Of a stretch of 64,000 bases of DNA, positions 1 to 13,264 are shown one piece after another. The stretch comes from Callorhinchus milii (Eukaryota): contig NW_024704742.1 of the NCBI RefSeq assembly GCF_018977255.1, forward strand, positions 17,176,001 to 17,240,000, in the 5' to 3' direction. How positions within the stretch are numbered: the stretch's first letter is position 1; the number at the start of each line of letters is the position of its first letter. The notes beneath the pieces are model-generated. The model did not search any database and was not told where the DNA came from. It was given only the letters and a program-made list of their open reading frames with translations. The position numbers were made by a program, and so were the translations under genes.

Positions 1-3000
1 AATCATAACCACTGTTAAGGGAATACATTCTGAATCATGTGAAAACTGTTCTCTTCACACAAAATGTCAACCATGCTAGTTTATACAAGGGTTTTGACCA
101 AAACTCACAACCCTGATTTCGATGGCTTGTGTAAACTAGTTGAAAATGTAAGGTAAGTTAAAAAAATCAATAACACTTAAACATTTTGACTATAAATTGA
201 TTTGTAATTAAGCAGATAAAATGTGTTTTCTTACACGTGATCTTTGGGAATCAAACAGTCTTTAGTGCAGCAATCTTTGGTGCATCTTACATTACATGTC
301 TGGTAAAGAAATCTGAACCAATTTGATGATAATTGACTAACTTTTGAGGACAAGAACAATAGGAATAAATAGAAATACCTGCTTACAGAGAGCAATTGCA
401 ATGGTGCTTGGTGAGATCAGCATGACCCCAGCGACCCCAAGTCATCGGGAACAGCCACATTATCAGACACCCTAGTTATGATTGTTCTCTGTGTAAAGAA
501 ATACTTCTTGGTTTCCATCTGAAAATTGCCCTTCACAATGTTGAACTCATGGCCTCTTGATCTGCTGTTTTGACACATCTCAAAGTACCTTAATATTTGC
601 AATAACACAAGCAAACACCACCTTAGGCAAGAATAGTAACAATAATGCTTACATTTAATATAGCACCTTCAGTTCGGGAGGATGTCCCAAAGCGCTTCAC
701 AGGATATACTGTAAAGTGTAGTGATTGTGTGTTTTGCGGGCAACTGCGGCAGCCAATTTGTGCACAGCAAAACATAACACATTCAGGAATAAATAGAATG
801 TAAAGTGTGACTCTGGAGAAACCCAAATGTGACTAATTGTTACATTTATTTGGTGAAAATGCTATGAAATTAAAAAGGCAGGTTTTAGTTTAGAGTCAGT
901 TACTTGAGATTTACAGTCAGATTACAGAAACTGGATTATATGCATTATGTATAACATCTACTACTTACTGTCTATTAATATGTTTATACACCAATTTGAT
1001 AAATGTTTTGCTGTACATTTATGATTTAAAATGTAAATCGACTATTGCTTTTTCAGAAATCCCTTTTTAATTCTGAGCAGTCAAGCAGGTATTTTGCATA
1101 TTTTTTACTAGCAGTTACATATTGTGCGTAACTGTAATAATAATTAGATATATCATCTATCTTATCATCAAGACATCTCACGCAGCTTCACAGGATTTAC
1201 TGTAGTGACTGGGTATTCTGTAGGCAAATGTTGAATCATGAGGTGAAACCAATCAAATTTCACCATCATTTGTGGCTAAAATTATTTAGCATTGAAAGAA
1301 TTTATTTTGGTGATGACTGCAAAGCACTCATTTTATTGCTAATTCATGTATGTGTGTGTGGCGGAGGGGGTCATCAAATATATAATCCTATAATAATATT
1401 TGCATTCGATGTTGGGATATAGCCCAGGTATTACATGCAGATTAATAAATGCGCACTTGGATTATGATTCACCTTGCCCTGAATTTATAATGGATGCCTG
1501 GCTTAGCCCTGCTGAATTCTCTGCAGGGGGCTTGAGAAAGCTAGAGCCTGTGCTTGAAACCTCAGTGGAGCACTGACCTTTAAATGCACTGGTAGTATTT
1601 TTGAATAGAGACAGTCTTTGTTTTAACATGTCCTTTTCTTAACGATATCCAGGTATTTAATCTGACACCCACAATTTAAATTCCACCTCAATTGGAAACC
1701 ATTTGCCTATAGTTGTTAAAAACAACTGACCTCCAAATTCACACAGAATATTTCAGAATTCTGTGCCATCTTACATTTAACAGAATGAGTGTGATGCCTA
1801 TATTTTAAGCCATATCTGATAACCTCTATCATAAACTGTGACAGATTAAGAAAAGTGAAGACTACCATACGCCAAGTCTGCTCACATTACTGTACCTGGC
1901 AAATGACAAGCACATAAGTTACTGTTGTGGGAGAATGAAAATTAAAAAATAATAATAACCCTTGAATTTGACATAAAGCCTATAATGCCAAAACATTTCA
2001 CAAGCAATTGCTGTCAAGTTTTATTGACTGTATTTTCTAGGCAAATGCAGAAGCTAATTTGCACAAAACAATATCTTACAAACAGCCATGAATGTCCAAT
2101 TTATTTGATGGATTGTAAAGCAGAACACCAAGAGAAATTCCCTTTGTTTTGAATAGTGGATCTGAACAGGCAGATGGGATTTAGGCTTAATATTTAATCT
2201 GAAGGATGACATTTCCAACTATGAAGTGTTCCCTCAGCACTGCAATAGAGTTTCAGCCTAGGCTATGAGCTCAAGGCCTAATTTATGGGGCTTGAACCCA
2301 TCACCATCTGACCAAATTGAGAGAGTGCTATCAACTGAAAGAATCCGTAAATTGCAGTGATGCATGAACTTCCAACACTGTTTCTGTCAAAGCTCAATTA
2401 AAATGATCAGGAATAGGAGGGACAAACTATAAGTATTTTATCAAGATACCTTGTGGTCTAGCATAGACTGCTCACTAAAGCAATCGGACACTTTGTTCTA
2501 CGTTTACCATGACATTTTCCATTATAGACATAGAGTGAAATGTTTGCTGGAGATAGAAAAATCTTTTGGGCCAAATGATATTTATTACACTGAATTGCAA
2601 ACAAACAATTTAAAAGTGATTTGAGTGGTCCTGTACACAAGTGACACTCTGCTGTCTCAGGTTTGAGTGATGTACTTAGCAAAAAGGGAACCGAAGAGAA
2701 GGAAAAAAATGCCCTATAAATGGCAGTCTCTCCATTAACAAATGTAGGCTAGATTGCATTTAACAGCAGGGCGGTTGTGTGTATGTTAGGCAGAATTGTA
2801 AGTATGGCTCAGTTGGGAGTATCTTTAGCCTGGTAACCTTTTCTGCTAGTTGTTAAAGCAAGTTTTCTGCCTGCCAGTTGTTGATGTGCATATTAACGAT
2901 CCCATGACATTGTTGGAGAAGAACTGGTGTCCTGGCTAATAATCCTCCAGATAAATTGATCATTCACCCCTCGCTATTTGTGTAACCACTCCTGTTGCAG

Positions 3001-3439
3001 CTCAAGCCTTGTCCTGCACTTCCTCTCTACAGGGCAGTTTTAAGTCCTTTTTCCTTTAAACCCCGATGGTACACATTATCCACAGAACAATACATAGTAA
3101 GCAGCACGTGTAGATTTTGGTCAAGCTGATACATAGCTGGGGCTTTGATGAGGGGGAAACAGGGCTTAAATCCTTTGCAGCAGACCACAAAGCAGACTCA
3201 GCATTCCCAATCACAAGCTTCTAGTTAGTCTTCTCACATTGTTCATTGTAGCTGACAGTGTCAAATGCCTTGTTAAGATCCAAGTAAATTGCCTTGCAGT
3301 TCTGTGGAATCAATGGCTGAATATTGATCTGCGAATTCCAAGTGGATAGTAGCTGTATAGTGGAAAGGTCAAAGCCAAGACCGATAATTCTCGAGGAGCT
3401 TCTTCAGCAACAGCTGGAGACTTCAGACTTAGATTCTGT

Positions 3440-3766
3440 GGAGTCCTGTAGCTCAGTGGTTAGAGCACTTGCTTTGCAAGCAAGACACCTGGGTTCAATT
3501 CCAGGCAGGGCGAAACCTTGGGCAAGTTTCCTTACTCCACACGCCTAATAATAATCCCTCCAAAAACCCAAAACAATAATAAATTGGTCTTTTTCAATCT
3601 ACGACTGTTTGTGGGACATTGCTGTGCGCAATTGGCTGCCGCGTTCGCCCACAAATATACAGTCAATTCACTTTACAGTATATTCTGTGAAGCGCTTTGG
3701 GACGTCCTCCCGACGTGAAAAGCGCTATATCAAATGCAAGGATTATTATTATTATTATTATTATTA
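3440..3766 (+). mobile_element. Full-length tRNA-derived SINE (Deu-domain type) with L2-like tail
   Basis: tRNA-like head with A box TAGCTCAGTGG and B box GGTTCAATTCC; core TGTGGGACATTGCTGTGCGCAATTGGCTGCC; 3' stem-loop and (TTA)n tail; target-site duplication ATTCTGT at 3433-3439 and 3766-3772. Dozens of fragments of this family occur across the window. Confidence 0.9.
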
Positions 3767-4299
3767 TTCTGTCTCTACACCTCAGGTATCACCGATGATT
3801 TGAAAATCAAGTTGAAATTGATAACATCATTGGGTTAAATCTTCTTTAAACACATTTCCACCCTGAGTGCACCATACTTTTGCTCAGAAGATAAAGCCGA
3901 TTACTTGAGTTAATGGCTCAATAAGGAACATCACTAGAAAATGTAACTAACTTGGCATCAATCTGATCCAGACCAGTAGCCTGAAATACTGATAGGATCT
4001 TAAAAGCTCCCTCTGCGCAACAGATGGATCTATGTTTTCAAAGTCAAATTCACGGATAATCCGTGTTAAAAAAANTAGTTCAGGAAGAGGTCAATCTGCC
4101 TATGAGACACTCTATGATCGGAAGAATAAGGAAGGTTTCTTCCATGGTAGACTTTTCTCTTAATTTCAGCTGATCTACTCAGAATCTGCTGTCACTCACT
4201 TAAGAACATGGTCAGAAGCAGTTCTGGCTTCTTTTCAATTACATAACTGACTGAGCGAATTTTGTGAGATCCTACAGCTTTTGTAATCTTTTTGAGACT

Positions 4300-5310
4300 T
4301 CATAAATGATGGAAACCAAAAATACCATTTCATATTTCTCTTTTTTCAGATATTTATCTAATTTTCTTTTAAAAACAAAAATGGGTTCTGCCTCAACCAT
4401 TATTATAGGTAGGGCATTCCATGTCTTCTGTATATTAAAAAATATAAAGCTTGGTCTCCTTGGAGCTGAACTGGTTCCAAGTTGACATGCAGTCTCGGTA
4501 GTCCAGTTCCTGAGCCAGGTGGGTCCGCAGTATTCCAGGGCACTGTTGATGCCAGCACAGCCAGCCTGGCTCATCGGCAGACCAGTCACTGGGGGCAGGG
4601 AGTCATCCCACGCAGTTCCTGTTAACCCTGCAAGCTAAAGCCCTAATGGGTAGCTGATCCTAGCTGGACAAGCAGCGGGAAAGCTTGCTGGACAGTAATA
4701 TCAATGGCAAGCTATGCAGTTTTAACTGGTTAGACTCCAGCAGTACCCCAATGCACACTCTGAGGTCCCCAAGCCTTGGCTCTTGCCAACCTGTGCCTAA
4801 TACTTTCGGGAATTAGGTAAGCAGGATGCATCCCTCCGGGGAGAGATTGTGCAGATCATTCCAACAATCTATATCTGGGAGTTCCATGGTGGGCTGCATG
4901 GAAATCTCAGCTTGGTTTGGATACTCTTAAGCATGGTGATGGTTTTCCGCATGTGTTACACACCTGGCTAACCAAAATATATATACATATATTCAAAGAT
5001 AATCTCTCCCTTTGTTCTCTTGGTAACTGTTTTAAATCTATGCCCTCTAGTTACTCACTCACTGACCAGTGGGAATAATGTATTCCTATTTACATGATCG
5101 AAACCCTTCATAATCTTAAAAAGCTCTATCGGGTCTTTTCTCAATCCTTTTTATTATAGGAAAAACAGCCCCAGTTTCTCCAGTCTCTCCTCATAAGTCA
5201 ACCCTTGCATCATTCTAGTGAATCTCCTCTGCATTCTCTCTGGTCTTGACATCCTTTCTAAAGTGAGGGTGCCCAAAACTGGCACAATACTTCAAATTCG
5301 GCTTAACAGG
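4300..5310 (-). mobile_element. Degenerate CR1 LINE 3' fragment, split by an unclassified repeat
   Basis: Minus-strand translation KTWNALPIIMVEAEPIFVFKRKLDKYLK resembles the CR1 ORF2 C-terminus; 4990-5310 resembles the CR1 copy at 29.4-30 kb. Confidence 0.75.
4451..4975. repeat. Unclassified ~500-bp interspersed repeat, copy A
   Basis: Colinear similarity to 16395-16622 and 40320-40720, and in reverse complement to 23660-23965 and 61628-62258. Confidence 0.8.
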
Positions 5311-5475
5311 TTTACCAATTTATTCTCCCACCCTAGAGAACTATGCAACGTTAACCCTCAAATCTCTCAGCTCTTCGATTCTTTTTAATTTTTTACTACT
5401 TAATGTATATTTCTTCCTTGTTCGTTCTCCAAAGGCCCCTCCTCATGTTACACCATTCTGCAATCTGCATGTTAC

Positions 5476-6300
5476 ATTTTGGGGGAAATGATCTTACCCA
5501 CTGAGACAATCGAGAATTTCAGAGCTCAGTAGGATTACATTTAACATTGATTTATAATATAATGTTAGTTACAATTTTGGTAATATAATAACAAGTTGAA
5601 ATGATGCTTAAATAAATCTTAAGTATTTTTACTGTAAAAGGAATAAAAAATTATCTTTACATTCCATGTAATAAGCAACCATATTTGCTGCTAAGAATTA
5701 AAATGGAGTGGTCTTAATGCAGAACAAAGTATGCTTAAACCTTGAGCTTGCAATTTAAACTTTTAGGATGCTCTTAGCATTTTTAAAACACAAGTCTCCA
5801 TATCTTGCTAGTGTACTGCTGTCAAAAGAAAACATCAATGAATACAAATATAAGATAGTTAGTCTGCAGCAAATGCACATTTATCAAGCTGTCACCACTA
5901 AATTAAGTAATTTTTTTTGCTGCACTAAGTGCTTTCACTGACGCGTATAGAATTTACATCAAATCTGATTTTTATAGTTTTAGAACAAAAACCTTTTTTA
6001 GTGAGGGAAATGCTATACATTACAGTATTTACAAGTAATTAATCCAAGCTTGATACAACTAAAACAAATGTAGTGGATATTAGTGATGCGTGTGATGTCA
6101 GGAAAATATAATTTTATCAAAACATTTTTAAAAGGTTTTGTTACTTTTACAGTAAAAGATTTATTTAAGCATCATTTCAACTGTTTATTACATTACCAAA
6201 ATTGCAACTGACATTTATGTTAAACCAATGCAGAATGTTATATTTATTCAGCTCTGAAATTCTCGATAGTCTTAGAGGGTAAGATCATTTCCCTTAAAAT
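5476..6300. repeat. Long imperfect inverted repeat (~160-bp arms), MITE/foldback-like
   Basis: 5476-5640 matches the reverse complement of 6144-6300 (e.g. GGAAATGATCTTACCC..ATCGAGAATTTCAGAGCT and GTTGAAATGATGCTTAAATAAATCTT). Confidence 0.8.
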
Positions 6301-9300
6301 CTGATATTGTGCAGAAATGTGGAACATTTTTCAACTCAGCCTTAATTTGGAAGTCAATTTTCAGAAGTTCTGAGAAAGAACCCAGCTCCAAAATAAAACT
6401 GAATTTAATGATGATAATAATAATAATAATAACATTTGATACAGTACTTTTCACATTGAGAGGACATCTCAAAGTGCTTTACAGGATATACTGTAAAGTG
6501 CACTAGGGTGTATTTTGTTGCCAAATGTGGCAACCAATTTTCGTACAGCAAAGTCCCAATTGAAAGATTTTCCACAAATCTATGTGATCTTAAATTTTAA
6601 GAAAAATGTGTTTCTTACAGACTCAGACTAAGTTGGTATTTCAGGCCCCAAAAAAGATATATGTAAAATATTTTCAGGATTTCCAGCATTTTGTGAAGTC
6701 TCTGTTATTAAGTTTTATGAAATCATTTAAATAGGTATCAAGCATTATTATGCTTTTAATGTTCATTCAAACATTAGGAAGCATGTTAACGCTGCTTTTC
6801 CTGACCTAATCCATGACCTTTCCTAGTAACGTCAGAGATTTTTACCCTGGATGATCCTTTCAAGCTTTGGGCCAGTTTTCAGATTTGTTTTCATTGCCTC
6901 AATAAGCTATTAAGTTTAGGTTGCATAACATAAACCTCTCTCGTGGGGAAAAAACATTGCAAAATAAATCCGCTGGCTGCAACTGTTTTTTTTCTCACAA
7001 ACTTTTATATTTGATAGATGGGGTTTAGCCTTGTGCTGTATTAGAACCCAGCAAGCCTTTTTTAGCATTTGCCCAAGAACCCTGAAATGTTGCACCAGTC
7101 AATAAACCAGAGCTGGAAGTTTGCCCATGTCAACTATGTCCAGGATTGAGTTACACTCCAGTTTGGATGAGCTGTAAAACTCTTTAGCTTATAAGTGTTT
7201 GTCCCTCTAAATCCAATTTCTCATCATTATCACTTCCGCTGACTTATAGCCTTGACCTTTTGAAGCCCTCAATGGGCAATATAGTCTCCTCCCCTGCAAT
7301 AATTTCTATGATTCTTGTCTACACTAAACGACTGCTTCATTATTTGTTCAAGGTGAGTCACTTGAGTTGGGAGAGGAGATTAATTTGCACTCGGTTGCTG
7401 ATGAGACTTTAAAATGATCTTCTAAGTTTCTGTGCTTACATAACACCATGGGGGCTACATATTAATAGGAGGTCTGAACCCGTTGGTGAAACAAGTTTTA
7501 TCTGGGACTGAAACAGTCCAATTAATTTAATATTTAGCAATTGCTGAGAAGAGTCTCAAGACCACATCTGGAAAGGTTTCAGTGACAGTTCACACAATAT
7601 AATGGGTACTTATAAAAGCACCTCAGCATTAAGTTGTTAAATCTAAATATGGGATGAATAAAGCTGGGATTGTTCTATATAAACAAAAGGGAAAAACACA
7701 TACACACAGATGTAATCAGAATTATGTAACAAAAAATAATAAACTATTACTCTTATTCTGACAACCTTAAACCTCATAAGTGATCAGGTCAGTTTGTTTT
7801 GGAAATTTCCATGCATATGTGGGGTAGATATATGGAACTCTAGTTTGTTTTGGATACTCTTAAGCATGGCAATGGGTTTCCAGATGTATCAGACACCATT
7901 TTAAAATACAGTCTTAATTTAGAAGCTAGCGCTCTATAATTTTTTTTAACAACTATAGATAAATAGCTACAAAGACTGGATTTAACAATATGCCAATTTC
8001 TCAACGCTCTGAATTCTAATAAAAATAGAATAAATAGTTGAATTTCTACTTTCCATGTGTCTATATTAGAACTGTTTCAGATTACTTGCTCCATCTGGTG
8101 AACATTGCAATGATAAATACAGAAAAGGGGGCAGTTTACATAGAAGTGTGATACTAATGGGTGAGAACACATTCAGCCCAAAAAGTATTAATGTAACGTA
8201 GGCTATAGCTGTCAGTATACATAGTTAGTTTATTAGTTAGTTTACAAAGTACTAAAGCCTCCACTATGGACCTCCTAAAATGCATCCAATCATTTTATAA
8301 GCACAGCATAAATCAGTAACTCATTAGTTTTGTTTTATGTAAAAGGCGCTATACAAATGTAATCTTGTTGTTATTGTTAGTTACAGTCAAGGCACAGTCT
8401 CCAGGACAGTCTACAATAGGTCTATTTGTTTTACACCACTATATAAAAACAAATTAAACTCAGACAAAGCAGACTGTACGTTTCACACTAATAAAAAAAC
8501 AGAAGGATGTAAGAGATATCAATGCAAACAATAAATCCCCACAAGCATGACTGCGATCAAACTGCTTTCCAACTAGTTTGGGCTTCCTGGTACAATATTG
8601 TGACTTTTAAAAGCTTAAAAATACTATTTATAAAATTACTTACACTCTTCCTAATATAAAGGAAATTGCACCTGGTCATGGTGCTGGTCTGGTTAGCTTC
8701 TGTGTCTCCATAGGGTGCCGAGGCCTTCGACATCTGAAAGAACCTCTGGATATTGTCACAGAGACATGTACAGGTTTTAAGGACAGAGTTTTATGTGCAA
8801 CTTCTGTTCATTCCCTACTTATTGTTGGGAATAAAAGGGAAAGGAGCATATTAGTGAAGTGTGTGATTTTGAGCCTCATGATTCTATGATTATTTCTACC
8901 TTAATATAAATGAAGAGCAAATCATTTTAACTAATTCTGACTTATACACAGTGAAGGTAAAAATTCCACTATTAACTCTAATTTTGGAGCATTTCGGAGC
9001 AAATTGTTAAATTCCGTGGTTTGTTAACAGCAGATACAATAAAGATAGAACAACAACAATTATTTCCAAAGCATCTTAGGTCAGAGAAATAAGTAATTAT
9101 TTATCAACGCTAAAATCTAAAAAGAGAGAGGAGTCAAAAATTCTCGCTGAAAGTGCTTGCTATTATCAAGAGAGAAATTCATTAAATGACTTTTGCCACT
9201 AATGAAAACAGGGGAAACTCTGCAGGGATACGGTGTACTATGATATATCTCCTGTCTCGGGACACATTTTCCACTCGAGGGCTCCTGTACAAACCCATGT

Positions 9301-12300
9301 GTTAAGAAGTGCTAATGATTTAAGATATCAAGTGTCACTCGATGTAACTGTGTGTGTGCCATAGATCTTGTGACACATAATGCTCCAGGAGAATGATCAG
9401 CTATAGCCTGTTGTTGACCTTCTGCTCCAAAGTATCTAATAAAATTAATAATCATAATAATCCTCACATTTGGTATAGCACCTTGCACATTAGGAGGACA
9501 TCTCAAAGTGCTTCACAGCATACTACTGTAAAGTGTAGTGACTGTGTGTTTTGTAGGTGATCTGAGCTATGGGATCTTCATGAAACTCCTAATGCAAAGG
9601 ACTTAATCAACTGACTCTCTCTGATGTACTTTGACACAAAGAGCAAACACTTGCAGCATCTCCTTCCCCTCCCCGACTGAATTCAAGGTCTTGTCAAACT
9701 GAAACATCTCAATTTGCTTCACCTAGTTTGCTGTAAAGTGTAGTAACTGTGTATTGGTGGTAAAATGCACCAGCCAATTTGCCCACAGCCATGAAGTGAA
9801 TGATCAATGTTTGGTTTGGGGAATTGCTGGCCACGGCACTGGAAGAAACTGCCTTTTCTTTTCCAAAAGTGCCAGTGGATCTTTAATGTGTATCTGAACA
9901 AGCAGACAATGCACTGACAATGCAGCACTCCACCAGCATTGCACTGGAGTGTCAGGCAGTGCTGCTGATGAATGGGCACAGGGTCGCTAAAGCAAGGTTT
10001 TGACAGAACTGTCACTGATCATTCTGTGCTACGTGACATTATCCCATTCACCTCCAGTCTTCGATCCTGTTTTAACTGAATGGCCTGAATCTTAATCAGT
10101 GAACTGTCATATTATCAGGATAATCCACACTCTGTAGAACCAAGAGTCTGTCAGCAAAAAATACAAACCCAAAGATTCGACTGAATGTGCTTGTAGGCTT
10201 TACGTCCATCACCCTCAGCATCATCTTCAGTGACAGCTTTGGCTGCATATTTGTTTCGTTGGTAGGTCAGTCAAGGATTTGATGTCACAGTCCAGTGCCA
10301 AGACTCAATCCTAACAGCTTGCAAAATGTCAGGGGATTAAATGTCTATTGAAGTTCAGATTCACTCAGAGGAAGAAGTTTATTTTGTGACTTAATGAAGG
10401 CTATCTTTTAAACTTTACAAAATCAAAACCAGTAAAAACATTGAGTTTTCCATTCTGACCAACAATCTCTCAGATAAAATTGCTCATTCGCTTCAAGGTC
10501 GTTTGTGGGACATTGCAGTGTGCAAATTGGTTGCCACATTTGCCTCCAGAATAATCATTACACTTTACAGTAAATCCTATGAAGCGGTTTGAGACATTCT
10601 GCCAATGTGAAAGACACTATACCAACTGCAAGAATTATTATAATATTTGGCCAGAAATTTGGTATGTGCTAACTGGTGATAATTATCACTGCAACCAAAA
10701 TTGCAGTCAAAGCCAGTCAAAGTAATTAAATGATAATCTTTTCATTTGATATGGTACTGTTATTGTTTCAAAGTGCTTCACAGGGGAAATGTTTTCAAAT
10801 CAAATGTAGTGCAGCAAGGCCCCATAAAGAGCCAAGTTGTGAATGATTAATTTACCAGGGATTGATGGCCAGGCCACAATGGGAGAAAATGTTTTCTTTC
10901 TAAATTGTGTCAGGAGATTTTTCTCCTATAAATCCCTTTACACTCCAGCACATCCCTATCTCTCTGATCTTCTCATACCGCAAGCTTAGTGTGTTTATGG
11001 TAGAGACGTCTTGTTTCATGGAGTGTAAGGCAGTGTTTTGATACCTCTACTTTTTCAGACCACTTTACAAACTTTCACTAAATCTACACTGACGTACCTC
11101 CCCCAAATCAGGAGGAGAGAAATCTATATGTTAGCTAATATTAATTCAGAGTGATAATATCCATTATTATCTAAAACTGTAGGGCTGATGTGGTGATTTC
11201 TAACAGGATTCCTTAAAATATATCTGAGTGGATAAGGACTCCTTATAATGAAAGGAAGAGTTTATTCTGAATGTAGATGTAGAAGCAGAATTACCCTGGT
11301 TGGGATAACATACTTCCGATTTCTTATTTAAGAAATCATGTTATTAATTGCCTAAAGTGGGGTCTCATACGAGATCTCATAATCTCTCATGTTATTAATG
11401 AGATTTTTAATAAGAGGTGTAAGTGGGAACTCATAGTAAATCACATAGAATGTGATATATGGAATGGAAACAGGCTATTCGGTCCAACTCATACGCGCCC
11501 TTGTTTACAAGCCTTCACCTCTCCTAATCCTCTCTTCTATACACCTCTATTCCCTTCTCTATCATATATGCATCAAGGTTCCTCTTAAATACTCCCATTA
11601 CCTTTGCTTCAACCAAAACTCTCTCTGGTAAACCACGACTCATGACACCTCATCTCCGAAAGTTGATTGCATCGGAAGGAGTTCTCTGAGGTCAGTGTGA
11701 TATAATTACTGTTTTCTTATTAAGGAATGTAATTAGAGATTTCTGCCTATTAAACCCCAGTATAGAACAATTGAATTTACACCACAAAAGGAGGTCATTC
11801 AGCCTATCTTGTGTTATAGCTCACTGAAAAAGGTAATTGTTTAGCCGCATTTCCCTTCGCTTTCCACCTTCACCCTTTTAGATTTCTTTTATATCCCTTT
11901 TTGGATATTGATCTCATTCCCTCTTAAAAGTGAATACAGTGTTGATTCTGCCTCAACTACTTTTCCAGGTAAGATGTTCCACATTTTGAGTCCTCCGTTG
12001 TGGGTAAGACAAATCCTCTTAACCCCTTCCCTTTCTCTTTTGACAATTAAATCTGTGCCTTCTAGTTCCTAATTCTTACTGTACGCAGCAAAAAGACAGC
12101 CGTTAGTATCTTACAACCGGGCTAGCTGAAATGCTTGATTGTGTTTGCTCTCTGCTTTTGAAGTGATTTTGTTATTGAGTTACACAGACAACGTAAAGAA
12201 TCCTTTTGGTGTATCCCACAGGTATCTGACCAGGAGGATGTAAGAACTTCCTGTTGTACTATGTACATGTTTGAAGTAGATATATTGCCATCTAGAGGAC

Positions 12301-12737
12301 AATGACATTAAACCATCTCAACCTGGCCTTCATTTAACACAAGCAACACAGCAAGTGACCAGAAATACTTTACACTTCATTGTCCACGTCATACAAATCA
12401 TGTCAACACAAAATCTATTAATTTATCATACCTTGTTTTATTTTCATTTAAAATGCAACCGCTCAAGCTCTCAAATGGTTTAGTTGATAGAGCTAGGATA
12501 TACTATACAGATCCGGAATGTCTCAGGTTCAAAACACAGTTTGAGTTGAGTTAGCAACCAGCTTAGCAATAGAGGTGTTGCAAATGATCTTAGTGCTTCT
12601 AAGTTAGGTGATATTATGTTTCTAGGCTTGAACAAGAAGAATGATCCCTCAGTAAAATAATGGAGGGTGGTCAACATGCGTTGAACCTTGAGAAGTAATG
12701 GTGTAAATAAAATGGGAAAGAGCAAAAGTGACTATAA

Positions 12738-13154
12738 AATAATCCTTGCATTTGGTATAGCGCTTTATCATATCTCAAAGCACTTCACAGAATATACTGT
12801 AATGTGAATTGACTGTATATTTTGTGGGCGAAAAGTGGCAGCCAATAGCGCACAGCAGCGTCCCACAAACAGTCATTGATTGAGTGACCAAATTATTACC
12901 TTCTTATATTTTTTATGAAGGGATTCCTTCTGTTTAAGTCTTTAAGAGTTCTCTGAAATATACTGATCCATTTTGTTTCAAAGCAATCCACAGAAAGCAA
13001 TCTGCTAATCGATTAACAACCAGTTCCTACTTACTGGTGGTAAACACAGGCGTGTGGAGTAAGGAAACTTACCCAACATTTCGTCCTGCCCGGGAATCAA
13101 ATCCAGGTCCTCTCATTTGCAAGGAGGGTGCTCTAACTGATACGCTACAGGACT
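12738..13154 (-). mobile_element. Full-length tRNA/Deu SINE
   Basis: Reverse complement of the same head, core and tail as 3440-3766. Confidence 0.85.
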
Positions 13155-13264
13155 TTAAAAAATAATTAGATGGGTGTGGGTGTTGGGAGGAACGAGAGAG
13201 ACTGCACGGCTCTCTCTTTCCTCCCAACACCCACGCTCATCTAATTATTTTTTAGAAGTCCTGT
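13147..13264. repeat. Near-perfect hairpin, 54/55-bp arms and 9-nt loop
   Basis: 13147-13200 vs reverse complement of 13210-13264: 3 substitutions and 1 indel. Confidence 0.9.

Noticed and set aside
3440..3512. tRNA-like sequences here and at other SINE heads
   Set aside because: They continue directly into SINE bodies and are diverged; not functional tRNA genes.
4051..4075. Short palindrome CACGGATAATCCGTG beside an ambiguous base (n at 4075)
   Set aside because: Too short to exceed chance; the n only flags local sequence uncertainty.
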